From: a virus
Lineage: Duplodnaviria; Caudoviricetes
Virus record (IMG/VR): IMGVR_UViG_3300036851_000122
Coordinates: 1-58,054 of that record
Length of the DNA: 58,054 nucleotides
Strand: one strand, 5' to 3'
Below, one piece after another: positions 55,473 through 58,054 of the stretch (position 1 is its first letter; each line of letters starts with the position of its first letter). A program made the translations under genes and the position numbers. Below the pieces are notes generated by a model. The model saw only the letters and a program-made list of their open reading frames with translations, was not told where the DNA came from and did not search any database.

Positions 55473-58012
55473 GCTCTCAGCTTGTGGGGACGGTTAGAAG
55501 GTACAGAGGCACCACGGCGGGAGTTGTACACCTGGGATAGGTTCCGGCGGATAGGCTTAAAGTCCTCGTCGGACGTTTTGACAGACGCACCCAAGGAGGA
55601 GGCGAGGGCCATACAGCCGGCTGCTCCGTCTAACCAGTCGTTGTCGTAGGCAGTCCCTTCGCGGACTGTCCACTGGTTCTTTACGATTCCTCGTGCTCCA
55701 ACTGGTTCGGGGTACTCGCTAGAGCAAATATGATTAACAAAGAGCTCATGGTAGTCAGCAGGAGCAGAATGTAGAGACACGCAACCGGGTGCCCCCATAG
55801 GAGTTCCCAGACGAGAGAACAGAAAGTCTTTGAGCCGGTTGACGTCGGCTTGCATGTAGTACATTCCATCGGGATTGGGACGTGTGACCCACTTTGGCTC
55901 TCGGACATTCGGGTGTAGCATGTTCTCAAAGAACCAACCGTCACGGCGTTCGTACTCCTCCAGTTGGCGATTCGTCGGTGGGAAGGCAGCACCGTAATAG
56001 GGAACAATATGGGGGTTCTTTGTTTCACGGATAAACCTCTTGATTACTTCGGATGCTTGCCCCCAGCGAGTGTCTATGCCGAGGCGTTGAATCTTCATAC
56101 GCCGTTTGGAGCTGTCCTGGCGGATGTATTCGCGTCCTAGGAGCATGGTGGTACACTGATTGAGGGCGTAATAGAGCTTGGCCTCTAGTGGAGCACGTAC
56201 CTTGCCAGCAGAATTGCGGATGGCTTTGGACCTGTACTTCATGAATTCGGGCTGTTGGAAGAACAAGCTAGTGATCATCGACCATGAAGAGGTTTGTTGC
56301 TTGGTGAAATAGGAGTGTTTTGTGTCTGGCCAAGTGCCATAGTCGATAAATGTGCCGTTGAAGTCAACATCACAGGCAAATACCACATAATAGAGGATTT
56401 CGTCCTGAATATCAAGGAAACAGGTGACATATTCGTGGTTTGGAGCCAATTCTCCACGTTTTGTGTCAACCATTTTCTTAAGAAGTTGGTCAGCAGTAAT
56501 GAGAACTTCGCTAGTTTCAACCAGCCGGCGGCCAATATTCTGGTATTCTGATAGAAACATCGGCCCGAGCTGGAGCCGCAGGTTCATTGCGTTCTGCTGA
56601 GCAGAGATTTCTGAGCGGGTATCGAACCTACTGGCCCAGGAAACCTCAAAACCCTTATCCATCACCTTCCGATTGGCGGGTTTGGCGTAGAATTCAGTAG
56701 CTAGGGAGATGTTTTTCTTGTCTCTAAGCGAAACACGCCTCAGTTCTTCGTATTCTCCCCACTTCTTGCCGGCTGGGGTGTTCTTCGTGATTTCGTAGTC
56801 GGTTATGCCTTCTGGCCAAGAATTGACCATTCGGCACCTTTCCCCCTGGAAATCAGGCTTTAGGAGAGGATTTAGGTAGGTGTCTGCTGCATCACCTTCG
56901 CGGATGACGGTACAGGGCATAAGAACATCAATATGGCGGCCTTCTCCAGCGAGGCCGGCAACAGCACCGTCGATCAGGCGAATGAGTTTTTCGCAGAGAA
57001 GTGGGGAATCAGCCTTTTGGTCCTTTTGCACGTCGTCTAGGATGACCAAGTCGGGGCGTGGTTGGGTCAGCCAGACTGGGTCAGCTTCGGCTTCACCACG
57101 GATAGAACCGTCGATGCCAGCCGAGCGGAGGATAACGCCTCCGTTTGTAGGCACCCAGATATTGAGGTGTTCGACGTGTTTGACAGATTCTGGGTCATGT
57201 TCAAGGTAGTGGTCCCGGTATTCTGTGGGAAAAGAGAGGATGGGGAACCTAACGTCATCATCGCCCCAGTTAATGTGAGTGGGTTGGCCTAAGAAGAGCT
57301 GACCACGCGATAGTCGGTTGGAACCTTCGAGCTGATAGGCAGCCCAGCAGACCTCGGGGAAGTCCTGGCGGACTAGTGGATTGTTCACCAGATGGGTTTT
57401 GACCATCTTCAGCGTTTGGAGGGCCATCTGCTCCTTGCTGCCAATGTTGTAGATGAACCGCTTGAGAGCGTAGAGCACCGCCCAGAGAGTAGCTCCGCGG
57501 ACTATGGCAGTCTTCCCGCCAGCACGAGGCATGGCAATAGCGAACTTGCCACCTTCCATGACGACTGTTTGGGCCTTGTTAACGCAGACGAGTTGGTCGG
57601 TGGACCACTCTTTGGAAAAGATGCCCTTGAGGTACGTTTCGTTGAACAGGCGGAGATTGGCTTTACAGGCGAGGCGGCGTTCCCAGTTGATATCTAGGGG
57701 GAACTCGCCGATGTCTCGCTGCATCGGGCGGTTGGTACGCTTCCACTTGTCAGCGTGGGCTCGCTGGGCAGCAGCCTTCTCCTCAATGGTGTGGAACTTT
57801 GTGTTTGCTAAAGGACCAGCTTTCCTCCACAGTTCGCGTTGCTCGGCTACGGGCATACGCTTTGGCTTCGGGCTAGGAGGCGGCCTAGGAGGCAGAGCAA
57901 CCCGCATAGAGGCCCAGGAGGCTATTGGCCCCTCTTGGAGAGGAGTTTCCGAGGTCTCTGGAGGGGGCTTCCTGCTCTTCGTGAGTGAGGGACGTTTGAC
58001 AGGAGCTTTCAT
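55469..58012 (-). CDS. terL: Terminase large subunit (GpA-like)
   Basis: Walker A PRAGGKT, Walker B VILDD, nuclease motifs FLDIQ, GIDTRW, NDWLD. Confidence 0.9.
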   Translation of the reverse strand: MKAPVKRPSLTKSRKPPPETSETPLQEGPIASWASMRVALPPRPPPSPKPKRMPVAEQRELWRKAGPLANTKFHTIEEKAAAQRAHADKWKRTNRPMQRDIGEFPLDINWERRLACKANLRLFNETYLKGIFSKEWSTDQLVCVNKAQTVVMEGGKFAIAMPRAGGKTAIVRGATLWAVLYALKRFIYNIGSKEQMALQTLKMVKTHLVNNPLVRQDFPEVCWAAYQLEGSNRLSRGQLFLGQPTHINWGDDDVRFPILSFPTEYRDHYLEHDPESVKHVEHLNIWVPTNGGVILRSAGIDGSIRGEAEADPVWLTQPRPDLVILDDVQKDQKADSPLLCEKLIRLIDGAVAGLAGEGRHIDVLMPCTVIREGDAADTYLNPLLKPDFQGERCRMVNSWPEGITDYEITKNTPAGKKWGEYEELRRVSLRDKKNISLATEFYAKPANRKVMDKGFEVSWASRFDTRSEISAQQNAMNLRLQLGPMFLSEYQNIGRRLVETSEVLITADQLLKKMVDTKRGELAPNHEYVTCFLDIQDEILYYVVFACDVDFNGTFIDYGTWPDTKHSYFTKQQTSSWSMITSLFFQQPEFMKYRSKAIRNSAGKVRAPLEAKLYYALNQCTTMLLGREYIRQDSSKRRMKIQRLGIDTRWGQASEVIKRFIRETKNPHIVPYYGAAFPPTNRQLEEYERRDGWFFENMLHPNVREPKWVTRPNPDGMYYMQADVNRLKDFLFSRLGTPMGAPGCVSLHSAPADYHELFVNHICSSEYPEPVGARGIVKNQWTVREGTAYDNDWLDGAAGCMALASSLGASVKTSDEDFKPIRRNLSQVYNSRRGASVPSNRPHKLRA

Positions 58013-58054
58013 GAGTCCTCAATCCATACACTAACCAGAAACCCTTAAAGCGGT

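Larger units (their letters stand above)
1346..57236 (+). repeat. Dispersed motif A, TTCTGTGGGRRAARG (~25 copies)
   Basis: Copies at 1346, 3010, 4256, 6521, 9834, 11396, 14391, 15918, 17020, 19649, 20876, 23212, 24737, 25623, 27790, 30918, 32798, 34362, 37189, 39968, 47177, 49049, 54569, 57221; one reverse copy at 28153. Confidence 0.85.

Noticed and set aside
1346-57236. CRISPR array or REP/IS elements explaining the repeats
   Set aside because: Repeats are kb-spaced, degenerate, non-palindromic and often intragenic. There is no cas operon or transposase, and the Cas4-like nuclease sits in a recombination module.
1-58054. Stop-codon reassignment
   Set aside because: Core genes are intact and tightly packed in the standard code, and TAG, TGA and TAA all end genes

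Overview
The window looks like an essentially complete ~58 kb tailed (siphovirus-like) phage genome, given in reverse orientation. A Planctomycete host is inferred from the CsrA sequence and the style of the virion module. The minus strand carries a morphogenesis block (58.0-28.5 kb): GpA-like TerL, glycan-active proteins, lambda-type portal, protease-capsid fusion, tail genes with a G/GT frameshift, TMP and a papain-like protease cassette. It also carries a replication/DNA-modification block (24-2.3 kb): UDG, nucleases, Sak4-like ATPase, SSB-like protein, PolA, two aGPT-Pplase1-family proteins flanking an FkbM methyltransferase, MazG-like PPase, dUMP-hydroxymethylase-like TS homolog, Nmad1, HAD nucleotidase, primase-helicase and CsrA. 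Short plus-strand blocks lie at 0.7-1.2 kb and 24.6-28.0 kb. The main candidates for novelty are: (1) an atypical thymidine-hypermodification cluster; (2) a tRNA mimic whose anticodon loop is replaced by a 63-nt structured insert, next to a second CCA-ended RNA; (3) two dispersed, strand-polarised DNA motifs repeated about 25 and 17 times; (4) a possible phage-encoded Csr circuit; (5) a head-associated glycanase module. All calls come from motif recognition by eye. No database searches or folding programs were run, and counts are manual.
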